DNA of 64,000 bases from Chiloscyllium plagiosum (lineage: Eukaryota). Of this stretch, positions 23,704 to 36,267 are shown one piece after another. The position numbers and the translations under genes are program-made. The notes under the pieces are model-generated. The model did no database searches, was not told the origin of the DNA, and saw only the letters and a list, made by a program, of their open reading frames with translations. The DNA lies in contig NC_057746.1 in assembly GCF_004010195.1 (NCBI RefSeq), forward strand, positions 18,101,666-18,165,665, read 5' to 3'. How positions within the stretch are numbered: position 1 is the stretch's first letter; each line of letters opens with the position of its first letter.

Positions 23704-23735
23704 GGATCAATATTGACAATGCATTATTCATTAAC
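23704..23735 (-). promoter_or_regulatory. Candidate liver-type promoter elements (HNF6/ONECUT and HNF1) of the C4-like gene
   Basis: Palindromic gatcaatattgac (AATATTGATCC on minus) and GTTAATGAATAATG (HNF1 consensus GTTAATNATTAAC, 2 mismatches), 60-90 bp upstream of the ATG. Confidence 0.5.
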
Positions 23736-24789
23736 TGTACACCAGTCTGAAGTCTTGCTGTTCAATGTCTCTTTGACTATACTGCTGCTGAATCTCCGGG
23801 AGGCTTGAGATCTCAACAACCTGCAAAATTCTTCGGATTGGAATCGTGTTCTGTTTTGGAAGACATCTTCCATTTATAAAACTGCATTTTGAGTTAATTG
23901 GCCAGGGTAGCATTGGGAACCCTGGTCTCTGGATAGTCAGAGGTTTTTTTCCCCCAAGGTCAAGGGGTTGACTATAAGAGGGCACAAGTTCAAGGTGAGA
24001 GTTTCGAGAAAAATGCTTCATACAGAGGGTGCTGGCTGACTGGAAGGTACTGTCAGTGGAGCTGGTGGAAGCAGGCAGCTTAGCAACGTTTAAGGTGTAT
24101 CTTGATAGCCACGTGAACAGGAGGAGAACAGATGGATAGAAACAGCATATGGGTCGTACAGTCATAGAGTTGTAAAGCACTAGAAACAGACCCTTCGGTC
24201 CAAACCAGCCCATAACCCCACCCGCCTGTTCCTGACCCATATCGCTCCAAACCTTCCCTATTTGTGAAATTATCTAAATGGCTTTTGAACATTATAAATG
24301 TAACGCATCCTCTGGAAGTTCATTCCACACACGAACCACTCTCTGTATAAAAATTGTTACCCCTCATGTCTTTATTAAATCTTTCTCCTCTCACCTTAAC
24401 AATATGCCCCCCTTGTTTTGAAGCTCCCTCATTCTAGGGGAAAGGCACCTGCCATTTACCTTATCTATACCCTTCATGATTTCACAAACTTCCAAAAAGT
24501 CACCCTTCAACCTCCGACGCTCCAGAGACAAAAAGTCAAGAAGTTTTGGGTCTGCTCCACTAGAGGGCCCTCTTGTGGGGCAGCAGTAGCGTCCCTCCTC
24601 CTGGACCAGGGTTCAAGTCCCACCTGCTCCAAAGGCGTGTGGTAAGATCTCTGAATGGGTTGATTCAGAAAAATAGGTTAAATAAATAAAAAATATAAAG
24701 AGGTTCAAGGGGGCCTCTTACGGTGCAATTGCCTTGTAAGTTGAGTCAGTAGTGAGGAAGGCAAATGCAACAATGGCACTTATTGGATA

Positions 24790-25090
24790 GCACGGTGGCT
24801 CAGTGGTTAGCACTGCTACCTCATGATGCTAGGGACCCGGGTTCGATTCCAACATCGAGTGCCTGACTGTGTGGAGTTTGCATGTTCTCCCTGCGTGGGT
24901 TTCCTCCTACAGTCTAAAGATGTGCAGGTTAGGTGATTTTGCTGTGCTAAATTCCCCATAGCGTTCAGAGATGTGTCAGTTAGGTGCACCATTTGGGGGA
25001 AACGTAGGGGAATGGGTCTGGGTGGGATACTGTTTGTAAGGTAGGCATGGACTTGTTGGGCCAAACGGCTTGTTTCCACAATGTAAGGAT
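24790..25090 (+). mobile_element. HE1-type V-SINE
   Basis: cacggtggctcagtggttagcactgct head, gctaaattcccc V-domain. Confidence 0.82.
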
Positions 25091-27752
25091 TGTATAGGCT
25101 CAGGCTTGGTCGTGCATTGTTATAGTGTAGCATCTCTAGGAAAGGGAAGCAGCATGAACAACTTGTGTTAATGAAACAGCATTAATATGGGGAAATGTCC
25201 TCAATACATATCACAGGAGCACCATGAGGGAACATTTGATACCATGCAAGATACTGAGATATTGGTGGAGATGGCAAAATCCCTGGTCAAGGAGGCAGGT
25301 TTCAAGAGGTGTCTTTAAGAGGGAGAGGCAGTGAGGTGGAGGGAGGGTGAACTCCAGGGGCAAGTCAGCGGAACCATGGGTAAGGGGATGAAATCGGGAT
25401 GTTTCGGGATTCAAAGATAGGCTCACTAATGTCCTGTAGGGAATGAAACGGCCATCCTTACTTAGTCTGGTGTACATGTGACTCCATACATGTGGTTGAC
25501 TCTCAGCTGTTCTCTGGGATGGGCGATAGATGCTGGCCTAACCAGAGCTGATACCCGGAACGCCGATTCTCCTGCTGCTCCGATGCTGCCTGACCTCGTG
25601 TGCTTTTCTAGCACCTTTGAACTCTGATCTCCAGCATCTGCAATCCTCACTTTCTCCTAACCAGCAATACCCTGATTCCCTTGAAGGAATGAAAGGAAAG
25701 TACGCCCAAGCTGGGATTTGATGATTTGCGCGGCTGTCGGAGTTTGCAGAGACAGGGAGGAAACTTAGCCACACGGGGATTAGAAAACCAATTATAGGAA
25801 TTTTGAATTTGGTTGAACAGCTGTAGGAATATCGTGCCCACCTTGTTCTGCGTGGCTGTTAATCTAAAGAAAAGACACCACTGCATGCAGAGCACTTCAG
25901 AGAATGTGTGCTCACCTGGTGGCCTGGCCTACGTGACTGCATGTAAGACTACAGGTTGCCTCTGAGAGACAATGTGACCAAAACGTACAAGATGCAGGGT
26001 CAGCTCAAGGGGTCTCTCAGTGAACTCCACCCAACCCCACTCCTTGACATTTACTATCGAGCAAAATGAGATGTCCAGAATGAAATTTTACCCCGCCTCA
26101 CTTCCATCAAAAGCTACACCTTAAAACCTGGTCCACTGCTGAGCTAGTGAAGGGCTTATGCCCCAAAACGCCGATTCTCCTGCTCCTCGGACGCTGCCTG
26201 ACCTGCTGTGCTTTTCCAGCGCCCCCACACTTTTCGACTCATTGCCCCACACTGTCAGGGCAGCCCAGGCCGGATGCTGAAGAGCGTATTTGCCCTGTGG
26301 AAGGAGATGGGAACAAAGGAACGTGGCTTCAAAGTAAGAGGTCTCCTGTTTAGAAACAGGGCAACAGGCGGAGGCCATTCAGTCCGTCAAGTCTGTCCAC
26401 TGATCCACGGCCAAACCTGCCTTTGGCCCACAATCCCTCAACCAAAACTTAATCTATTGAAATTAGTAACTGCTCCAGCAGACACTGAAGGCATGGAATC
26501 CCCATCCCCAGAGAGCAATGGAGACCAGATAGTTGAATATTTCCAAAGAAGAGCTAGACACACATTTGACTAAGAAGGGTGCCAAAAGATATCAGGGCAC
26601 ATTTTGAGGCAACAATCAGATGTTGGAGCCCAACAGTGTGGAAGCAGGCCATGCAGCCCATCAAGTCCATACTGACCCTCTGAAGGACATCCCACCCTAG
26701 TCCTGAGCCCTGCATTTCCAATGACTAACCGACCTAACCTGCACACCCCTGGACTTTTCCCCATGGTCAACCGCCTAACCAGCACATCTTTGGGAGGAAA
26801 CTGGAGCAAACCCACTCAGACTCGGGGAGAATGTGCAAAGTCCACACAGAGACCTGAGGCTAGAACCGAACCCAGGTCCCTGATGCTGCAAGGCAGCTAC
26901 GCTAACCACTGAGCCACCCTTATGGAATGGCCATGCAAGTTCAAAGGGCCATATGTCCTACCCCTGCTCCGAAATCCAACAGAGAAGACGTATGTGGACC
27001 TGCTAACAGTAGAAGAAACATCGCTGTCAAGCATTCCCATTCCAAACTGCCAGCTGCCCCAAGACCCTCTGAAAGCACCTCTCCTTCCTGGTTAATGTGC
27101 AACAAAGTCTTGTTAAAGGCAACATGAATCATCAGAAATAGGTTTATATTGGCACAGAGTTTTCAGATAAACTGGAATTGTCGCACAGTTCCACTCCCAA
27201 AGATTGGCTGGTGGCCCAGTGGGAGAATCACTGGAGGAGTATTCTAGAGGCCCCAGTCCATGCACTCCATCCCCAACAGAGGTTAGTGAAATGTAATTTC
27301 AACTGATAAATCAGAAATTGAAAGTTAGCTCCCAGTAAAGAAGACCGTAACAATTAGTACCACTTGCTGGAGAAAAAGCCATCTGCCTCGCTAAAGTATT
27401 TTAAGGAAGAAAGCCCACAGTGCAGAAAGAGGCCAATCGGCCCATCATGAGTCTTCAACCAGCATCCCACCCAGGCTCACACTGTATGGCTAACACACCT
27501 CATCTGCATGACCCTGAACACTATGGGGTATGTAGCATGGCCAATCCACCTAATGTGCACATCCAAGGGAGGAAACCCACACAGACACGGGCAGAATATG
27601 CAGACTCCACACAGACAGTCAGCCAAGGCTGGAATCGAACCTGGGCCCCGGCACTGTGAGGCAGCAGTGCTGAGCCACCATGCCCCCAGAAACCTAGCAC
27701 CCGTATCTCGTCTATTTTACTTCCTGGCCCATATGTTATGACAGTTTGAGTG

Positions 27753-28277
27753 GCAGTGGTGTTTGCCGAGGTTCATCCTGAGCAGCTCCGTGACGCGGGA
27801 CTCCGTGTTCTACGGCCTGTTCCCCGGGACGCACACCAAGACGAACATCAACTGTGCCTGGAGGATCATCAACTCGGTGAAGGACACTCTCTGGGTGGTC
27901 CGAAACCTGCTGATCTTCCAGCTGAAGGAGTTGACCCCGACTGAGTGCTGCAGACTGGCACATTCCAAGGTCCAGAAATATGTGTTGAGGGATGCGCTGA
28001 AGCTTGGGCCAGCTGCCACTAAGGCGTGGTGGGGAAAGACCACCGTGTAACATCTGCCTGCCTAAGAAGAACAGGGGGCCCGCGCAGTAATCAGGCTCCG
28101 CTGACGCCTCAGCTAAATATCTGGATGGTCAATGTACAGACTTGTATATACGAATGAGTAATTCCGATCTCTGCATGTTAAAAAATGGAGTATATACGTA
28201 TGTATGGCATCATCAATTGTGTAGATATCAAAATAATTTTATGAATAAAATATATTTTTGAAATAAATTTTAAAAAT
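27753..28277 (+). mobile_element. 5'-truncated L1/Tx1-clade LINE (ORF2 C-terminus + 3'UTR)
   Basis: ORF ...FYGLFPGTHTKTNINCAWRIINSVKDTLWVVRNLLIF...; A-rich end with AATAAA; possible TSD tttgagtg at 27745-27752 and 28278-28285. Confidence 0.6.
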
Positions 28278-29459
28278 TTTGAGTGCTCAATCAAGTACGT
28301 TTTAAAAATTGTGAGGGCACCTTGTTTCAAAAGCCCCTCGCAGAACAAAGTGCCTGGGAGTTTAACATTCAAGGCTGTGGGCCTAGTGCGGGAAAGTGGG
28401 AGTAGTGTTGGTAATTGTGTGTGTTTTGGCAGTACAGAATTGATGGGCTGAAGGGACTCTTCAGTACCGTGTGATCCTGGGTGGGCGTCTGTGAAACTTC
28501 TTGCAATCTACGCCAGACCAGTTGTGCCAGACCACTGCAGACAATTCACACCAGACGGATAGGCACAGTTCAAGGAGGTGGGTCGCCTTTCCCAAGGGCT
28601 ATTCAGGATGATCAAATGCGGCGATGATACTGAGATCCCACGACTGAATTAATAACCCCTCTCAAGGCTGAACCTTTCTGATGGGATGTCGGAACAGGGC
28701 TCCGTCTCTCCTCTCAAGAGGATAAAGAAGATGTCACATGCTGTTCTGAACCATCGTCATCGTTGGCAGTCCCTCACAGACAAGGCTGACTCCCTCCCAC
28801 TCTCAGGGGGAGGCTGTAGGTGGCTGCACAGACCGATGGGCCTACCGCAGGCTCTGTTACACTGGGCAGAAGGTGGTCATGGGAAGGGGGTGTGGGTGTG
28901 GTAGCATGCTCCTTTCCCTGTTTGCTCCCGGCTTCCACTTTTCCCAATGGCAAGTCTCAAGGTGCTCCGTGCCTTCCCGGACGCTCCTCCCCCACTTTGG
29001 GACGGTCACGGGCTAGTGATCACCAAGTCTCTGCCGCCATTTTAAATAGTAGGGCAGTCGGCCTCCATTGCCCTGAAAAATATGTATCCTTTAATCGACA
29101 TCTCCCACATAAAAACAAACTGTCAGATTATTGCCACAGTGCAGTCTGTGTAGTGTTGCGGATTGTTTTTCAGGTTTCCGTACACTAAAACAACGGCCAC
29201 ATTTCAAAACGGAAACATGAGAAGTAGAAACCACTGGAAAAAGTCAGAACTGGCAGCATCTGTGGACAGCGAGAGAGCAGAGTTGATGTTTCAAGCTCCG
29301 TACTCTTCTTCAGAATGGATAGCTACAGACAGGGGGCTGAGGGAAAGGACTGAGCCGACAGGTGCTGACAGAGTTCGGAGAGAGAAAGAGGAAGAAAGAG
29401 AAAAAAAGCATAGGTAGATGAAAGGATGGTTGCTAGTGAGCAAGGGAAGAAAGAATCAT

Positions 29460-29772
29460 AGACTCCCCACAGTGAGGAAGCAAGCCATTCAGCCCATCGA
29501 GTTCACACCAACGCTTCGAAGAACATCTCACCCAGACTTAACCCTGTAACCCACAATTCCTCATGGCGAACCCACCCAACCTACACAGCCCCGGACGCTA
29601 CAGAGAAATTTAGCAAGGCCAATCCACCTAACCCACACACCTTTGGATTGTGGGAGGAAACCCACGCAGACACAGGGAGAATGAGCAAACTCCATGCAGA
29701 GAGTAGCCCGAGGCTGGAATTGAACCCGGGTCGCTTGCGCTGTGAGGCAGCAGTGCTAACCGCTGAGCCACC
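29460..29772 (-). mobile_element. HE1-type V-SINE
   Basis: Reverse head gctgtgaggcagcagtgctaaccgctgagccacc. Confidence 0.82.
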
Positions 29773-30159
29773 AGATAGAGACATTGGAGTGGTGATAATG
29801 AGGAGTAAAAGGAGTTTAAAAAGGGTTGGCTGTGCTGAAAAACATCCATGTCATGACTGCCTGGCTAAAGGACTTGGAAGGAAGTGTTCAGATTGGAAAA
29901 TTATTAAGTATGATGTTGATACTTAAAGTCTATTTTTTTAATGCCTAAACTATTCCATTGGCTGGAAAGAACACCTTGATGAAAGAAGCTATAGGTCTTT
30001 GCTAAAGCTTTATAGTCATAGAGTCATGAAGAGGCCAAGTGTATGCAAAGTGTAGGAGGAGAGTGGAAGCAGAACGGGTCCATCAAAGGGAGAAGGGGAG
30101 ATACCGGAAGGGTGTTTCTGAAGGCACGGAGTTCAGAACTAGGGGCCACAGTGTAAGCA

Positions 30160-30650
30160 TGTAGAGTCATAGAGCTGTATAGCATGCAAACAGACCCTTC
30201 GGTCCAACTTGCTCGTGCCAATCAGAAATCCTAAATTAATCTAGCCTCACTTACCAACATTTGGCCCATATCCCTCGAAACCCTTCCTATTCATATACCC
30301 ATCCAGATGCCATTCAAATGCTGTAATTGTACCAGCCTCCCCCACTTCCTCTGGCAGCTCAATCCATACACGCATCACCATCTGTGTGAAAAAGTTGCCC
30401 CTTAGGTCCTGTTTAAATCTCTCCCCTCTCACCTTAAAAATGTGCCCTTTAATCTTGGACTCCCCCAACTCTGGGGAAAAGACCTTGTCTATTCAACCTA
30501 TCCATGTCCCTCATTATATTATAAGCCTCACCCCTCAGCCTCTGACGCTCCAGAGAAAACAGCCCCAGCCTATTTAGCCTCTCCCTACAGCTCAAACCCT
30601 TTAACCCTGGTAGCATTCTTGCAAATCTTTTCTGAACCCTTTCAAGTTTC
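30160..30650 (-). mobile_element. CR1/HER1-type LINE 3' fragment
   Basis: KLERVQKRFARMLPGL...RQRLRG; DLRGNFFTQ. Confidence 0.85.
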
Positions 30651-31361
30651 ATGACTAGGCTGAGCAGTCTGTATATTGTGTCTGTCACTACAGAACCGAG
30701 CAATGATCAGGATCTGTTAGCTCAGGGGGTGGGAAGCAGAGGGGCAGAGAATGATATTATAGTTAAATTGATAAGATGCATGGATTGTGGAGGATTAGTC
30801 TCCATTATATATCTCAGATTGCACTTGTATAAATGTAACTCAGCTTTCATCCATAGAATCTTGTCCATGTGAATCCTTGGCTCAAATGTTAAATCTAACT
30901 AATTGATATTTCCAAATACAGAGTGGACTGCCCTATAGTCTTTGACCTTCCCAATGGGGACAGATCGTGACTCAGTCGACTAGGAATTGGTCAAGCAGCA
31001 GACTAAGCTATAGAAAATGGCTCAGTAATAGTGTCACTGCCTCAGAGCCGGGGGGGGGGGGGAATGTGCGCGACAAGAGGTCAGGTCCCACTTGATTCAG
31101 AAGAGATATGTTGTAGGTTGGTAAGATGAAAGTAGTGGAGGGGTCACCAGGGGGTGAAAGTGCGAGTGAATATCACTGTGAGGCCGCTCATTCAGGGCAG
31201 TGGGAGCAGTTTCTATTGTGGGGTCATGAACAAGGACCAGAATGAATTGGACCCATCACAGGCCTCAGAGGGCCTTGCGGTGTGGTGGTACTTTACCTGC
31301 CTCTGGGCAAGAAGGTCTGGATTCATGTCTCAACTGTCATGGAGGTCAGTTGTCCAATCAG

Positions 31362-31678
31362 TTGACTAAAATAATTAAAATTTTTAGTGAGCCTCCACTG
31401 GTAAAACATAAAATCGGATTCAAGTCCAGCCCAGCGTGATCCATTTTCCTCTGTGGCATCCTAGTGTCAAAGGTCTACTATTTTCCGAAAACTGAGAAGG
31501 TTGGTGACAGCACAGGGGCTTGACTAAAATAATTAAAATTTTTAGTGAGCCTCCACTGGTAAAACATCAAATCGGATTCAAGTCCAGCCCAGCATGATCC
31601 ATTTCCCTCTGTGGCATCCTAGTGTCAAAGGTTTACTATTTTCCGAAAACTGAGAAGGTTGATGACAGCACAGGGGCT
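31362..31678. repeat. Tandem duplication, 158-bp unit x2
   Basis: tgactaaaataattaaaatttttagtgagcc starts at 31363 and 31521; a few substitutions between units. Confidence 0.9.
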
Positions 31679-32309
31679 GGCAGGGTGGGGGAGGGGGAGG
31701 GGTGGGGTTGGGTAGGGTGGGGGGTGATCGATGAGAAATGGAAGATGAAGGGACTTGGCAAATCGACTGATCATTTCCAGAATTGACAACAGCAGCAAAA
31801 CACTACTCTAGATTGATGCGAGTTATTCTTCCCTCACAGACCCTGCCCATATGTGACATTGTGAAAAGGTTGAGAGAGCAGCGCAAGGTTTGACCTGACC
31901 ATAATTACCACAGAGGGCTTTCCAAGGGAGGGGTGGTGCAGGGCCAACCTTAGCCACCAGGTGTCAGTCAGAGACTTTTGGCGTTGGCTCTGTATTGGGC
32001 TTGCAGCACCATTGACATGAGGAAACCATCCTAAGATACTTCACAAGGTGATTTCGCTCAAGAACAGTCCAGGCTCTTTGACCCGATATGACTGAGCCGA
32101 AACGTGATGCCCTTCTAAACCAAAAATCTTTTGCCTCTACGCGGTCCATATCCGTCCATTCCCCACCTGCTCATGTTAGTTGTCAAGTGCCTCTTAAACA
32201 TTGCAATTGTATCCACCTCCATCACCCCTTCTGGCAGCACATTCCAGGCACTTACCACCTGCCTCTCACACCTCCTTTAAAATTTACCCCTTTTTACCTT
32301 AAACCTATG

Positions 32310-32640
32310 CACAGGAGTTGGGAGATCATGTTGCGGCTGTACATGACATTGGTTAGGCCACTGTTGGAATATTGCATGCAATTCTGGTCTTCTGCCTATC
32401 CGAAAGATGTGAAACTTGAAAGGGCTCAGAAAAGATTTACAAGGATGTTGCCAGGGTTGGAGGATCTGAGCTATAGGGAGCGGCTGAACAGGCTGGTGCT
32501 GTTTTCCCTGGAGCGTCGGAGGCTGAGGGGTAACTTTATAGAGGTTTACAAAATTATGAGGGGCAAGATATCTGGTTGGCATGGACAGGTTGGACCGAAA
32601 GGTCTGTTTCCGTGCTGTACATCTCTCTGACTCTATGACT
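32310..32640 (+). mobile_element. CR1/HER1-type LINE fragment with internal deletion
   Basis: LRLYMTLVRPLLEYCMQFWS...RRRLRG joined directly to the 3' tail ctctctgactctatgact. Confidence 0.8.
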
Positions 32641-33559
32641 CCATGTCCCCCAGTAATTGCCATTTCCACTGGGTGGGTGGGGAGCGGGGGAGAGAGACTC
32701 TAACTATCTATTCTGTTCATGCTTGTCGCAGCTTTGTAAACATTTATCAGGTTGCCCCTTGGCGTTTGAAGTTCAAGGGGAAGCAAATCAAGTTTACCCG
32801 ATCTCTCCTCATAACTAATAACCTCCAAACTGGGCAACATCCCAGTAAACTGTTTCTGTACCCTCTCCTAAGCTTCCACATCCTCTGGTAGTGTGATGAC
32901 CAGGACTGTACATGATATTCTGAACGTGGCCGAATTAAAGTTCTATACAACTGAGAAATGACTGACCAGTTTTTATACTCAGCACCCTGACCGGTGAAGG
33001 CAACCATGCCATATGCCTCCTTGACTGCCTTTATGCACTTGTGTGAGCAAGGTTTGACAAGGGGCTGGAATGATGTGAACTTACAAGGTGGAGAGAACAA
33101 ACTGAAAGCGTGGTCAGCTTTTATGGGGTCACCATAACAGAGCAAATCATGTGAAAGAGGTGGCAGGGACTTTATTGGAGGGATATTATGGTGGCTCAGT
33201 GGTTAGCACTGCTGCCTCCCAGCGCCAGGGACCCGGGTTCAATCCCAGCCTCGGGTGACTGTCTGTGATGAGATTGTGCTTTCGCCCCCTGTCTGCTTGG
33301 GACGCTCTTCGGAGGGGTGGTGCCGACCCAATGGGCCGAATTGACTCTTTCTGCACCATCGGGATTCCACATTTGTGGTCAGGTACTGCAGAAAGAATGC
33401 CGGCAATATTGGGGGAGAGGCTGTGAAAGTTGAGGAGAATGCAGATTTTGGAGTGGGTAGGGGTGAGATTGAGGGGATTGGCAAGCAAGGAACTTATTGC
33501 AAAATTGCAGAGTTCATGTCAGTGCAGGTAGCGAGCGCAGGGGCTGAGGGACGAACAGG

Positions 33560-34290
33560 ACCTGAGCTGCAGAGCGTTGTATGGTCTCGACTTTACAAAA
33601 GGATAGAGAACACACACCCAGCTACATCAACGGAGCTGAGGCTCAAGTTCCTCAGAGTGACGATTACTGGCAATCTGTCCTGGACTTCCAACATGGATGC
33701 GATGGCCAAGAAGGCACAACAGCACCTCTCCTCCCTCAGGCGGCTCAGGAAATTCAGCACGTCCAGGAGGACCTTCACCAACTTCGATAGATGCACCATT
33801 GAGAGCATACTGTCCAGGTGCATAACGGCCTGGCATGGCAACCACTCTGCCCAGGACGGTAAGAAACTACAGAAAGTGGTGTGCACAGCCCAGACCATCA
33901 CAGAAGGCAACCTTCTATCCATGGACTCCATTTACACAGCTCCCTGCTGCGGAAAGGCCGTCAACATCAGCAAAAACCCATCGCACCCCAGTAATGATCT
34001 CCTACAACCTCTTCCTTCAGTAGGAGATACAGAAAGCTGAACACTCGCACCAACAGGTTCAGGAACAGCTTCTCCCCAGCTGTTATTGGACAGATGAATG
34101 GACTCTCCAGGCCATGCTGATCTGGTTAATGTTGATCTTGCCTAGCGCACGCCCTGTGCAACATAACCTGGGTGCCTCTGTCTAAGTCTTTTTGTCACCT
34201 TATGATCTGTGTGTTCTTGCTCACTTCTGCACTGCTCAGAAACAACACTTTTCACTGTACTTATGTGCACGTGACAATAAATCGACCAAT
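33560..34290 (+). mobile_element. Rex1/Babar-like LINE 3' fragment
   Basis: KKAQQHLSSLRRLRKF...CTIESILSRCITAWHGN; tail cactgtac...gtgcacgtgacaataaa as at ~1165-1195. Confidence 0.75.
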
Positions 34291-35219
34291 CAATGCTAGG
34301 GCCGTCCAGGAGACCTTTCCAATGCACAAGTCTAAAGGTAAGGGTTTTCAGCAGTGGGAGGAGCTCAGGCAGAGGTAGGGGCAGTTGATGTCATCGAGGA
34401 GGGAGTGGGATGGCACGGTGACGGGCAGATTTCTCAACCGATGAAACTTGTGAATGACGGTCCCACGTATCCTCGAAATGGAGCCTGGAACAGGGCTTTC
34501 ATTTCCAACCACTACTGCTTTTCTTTTCAAAAACTGATTTTTTTTTTTTTAAATTTCCCCTACTGCGTCGAGTTGGGTCGTCTGAAGGAGTTCTGAGGAA
34601 AGGTCACCGGACCTGAGACGTTCACCCTGATGTTTCTCTCTCCAGATGCTGCCAGACCCACTCAGATTTTCCAGAAACTTCTGTTTCTATTTCTGTCTCC
34701 AACAAAAGGTCGCAGTGTTCAAGAAGAAACTGACCCAGCCAGAGATGGTGACCAAAGCAAAAGATGGAAACTGTCTCCCCAGTGGGTTTCCTCTGCTTCT
34801 TTCCCGCAGTCTAGGTTAGGGTGGATTAGCCCATGCTATATTGTCCCATGATGTCCAGGGATGTGCAGGCTGGGTGGGTTAGTCATGGGGAAATGCAGGG
34901 TTACAGGAATAGGACAGGGGGTATGGGATGCTGGTCAGTATGGACTTAATGGGCTACTTCCACATTGTAGGGATTCCACAATTCAATGGTTAACTGGAGG
35001 CATGTGTACTGCAGTTGGGGCTGGAGGTCAAACCGACAGCAGGGCAGCATCAGGAAAGGTGCACCTTCCCCATCCACTGGGAGGTGATCACAGGCCCCTC
35101 ACAGATGGAAATGCAGAATTGACTCAACCCATTAACGCGAAGCAGACTGAGGCAAGAGTCAAGATAACCTCACACTCCCTATTCAAACACTGTATTCAAG
35201 CTGCACCTGCAGAACAGGA

Positions 35220-35395
35220 NNNNNNNNNNNNNNNNNNNNNNNNNNNNNNNNNNNNNNNNNNNNNNNNNNNNNNNNNNNNNNNNNNNNNNNNNNNNNNNNN
35301 NNNNNNNNNNNNNNNNNNNNNNNNNNNNNNNNNNNNNNNNNNNNNNNNNNNNNNNNNNNNNNNNNNNNNNNNNNNNNNNNNNNNNNNNNNNNNNN
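35220..35395. other. Assembly gap (176 N)
   Basis: Run of N adjacent to a CA-rich repeat. Confidence 0.97.
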
Positions 35396-35501
35396 ACACA
35401 CACACAGGGCGAGGGAGACACACACACACACACACAGGGGGAGGGAGACACACACACACAGGGCGAGGGAGGGACACACACACACACACAGGGCGAGGGA
35501 G

Positions 35502-35541
<40 letters not shown>

Positions 35542-35957
35542 CGAGGGAGGGACACGCACACACACAGCGAGGGAGGGAGGGAGGCGCACACACACAGTGA
35601 GGGAGGGACAAGCACACACACAGCGAGGGAGGGACACGCACAGCGAGGGAGGGACACAGACACACAGAGCGCGGGAGGGACACACACAGCGAGGGAGGGA
35701 CAAGCACACACACAGCGAGGGAGGGACACACACAGCGAGGGAGGCACATTCTCACACATGCACACCGACACACGCTCACACAAGAACAAACTCACACAAC
35801 ACAGACACTCTCACACTCACACTCACACAGACACACACACAGACACACACAGACACACACGCTCACACACCAAGAGTCACAGACACATTCACACATACAC
35901 ACATGCACACGCATACATACACCACACACACACTCACACATACACAGACACACACAA
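35396..35957. repeat. Compound (CA)n / cagcgagggaggga low-complexity tandem repeat
   Basis: Direct inspection. Confidence 0.92.
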
Positions 35958-36232
35958 AACAGAACAAACTGACTGGGTATCAATCAATTTGTCACCTTTG
36001 AGGCACAGCGGTTTTAGAATGGTTGATGTCTTCAGCTAACGTTAAAAATGCTACATGTTGGCAAGACTCAGTTATAAAAGTCACAAGGAACACCATCAGG
36101 AGGGGACCATTTGACAGCTTTGATAAAAGATCCAAGCTTAGCTGGTTAGGTCCTTAACACCACTTTCCTGACCATAAGCTTGACTCGCCTGCAGATTAAC
36201 ATCTTGTCTAACCAATCTTGAATGTATACAAC

Positions 36233-36267
36233 CACCTGATGAAAGAGCAGCACTCTGAAAGCTAGTG
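36233..36267 (+). ncRNA. Minimal type-I hammerhead motif, second repeat family
   Basis: CAC-CTGATGA-A-AGAG-CAGCA-CTCT-GAAA-GCTA-GTG: stem I CAC/GTG, stem II AGAG/CTCT, palindromic AGCT, CUA triplet. Confidence 0.6.
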
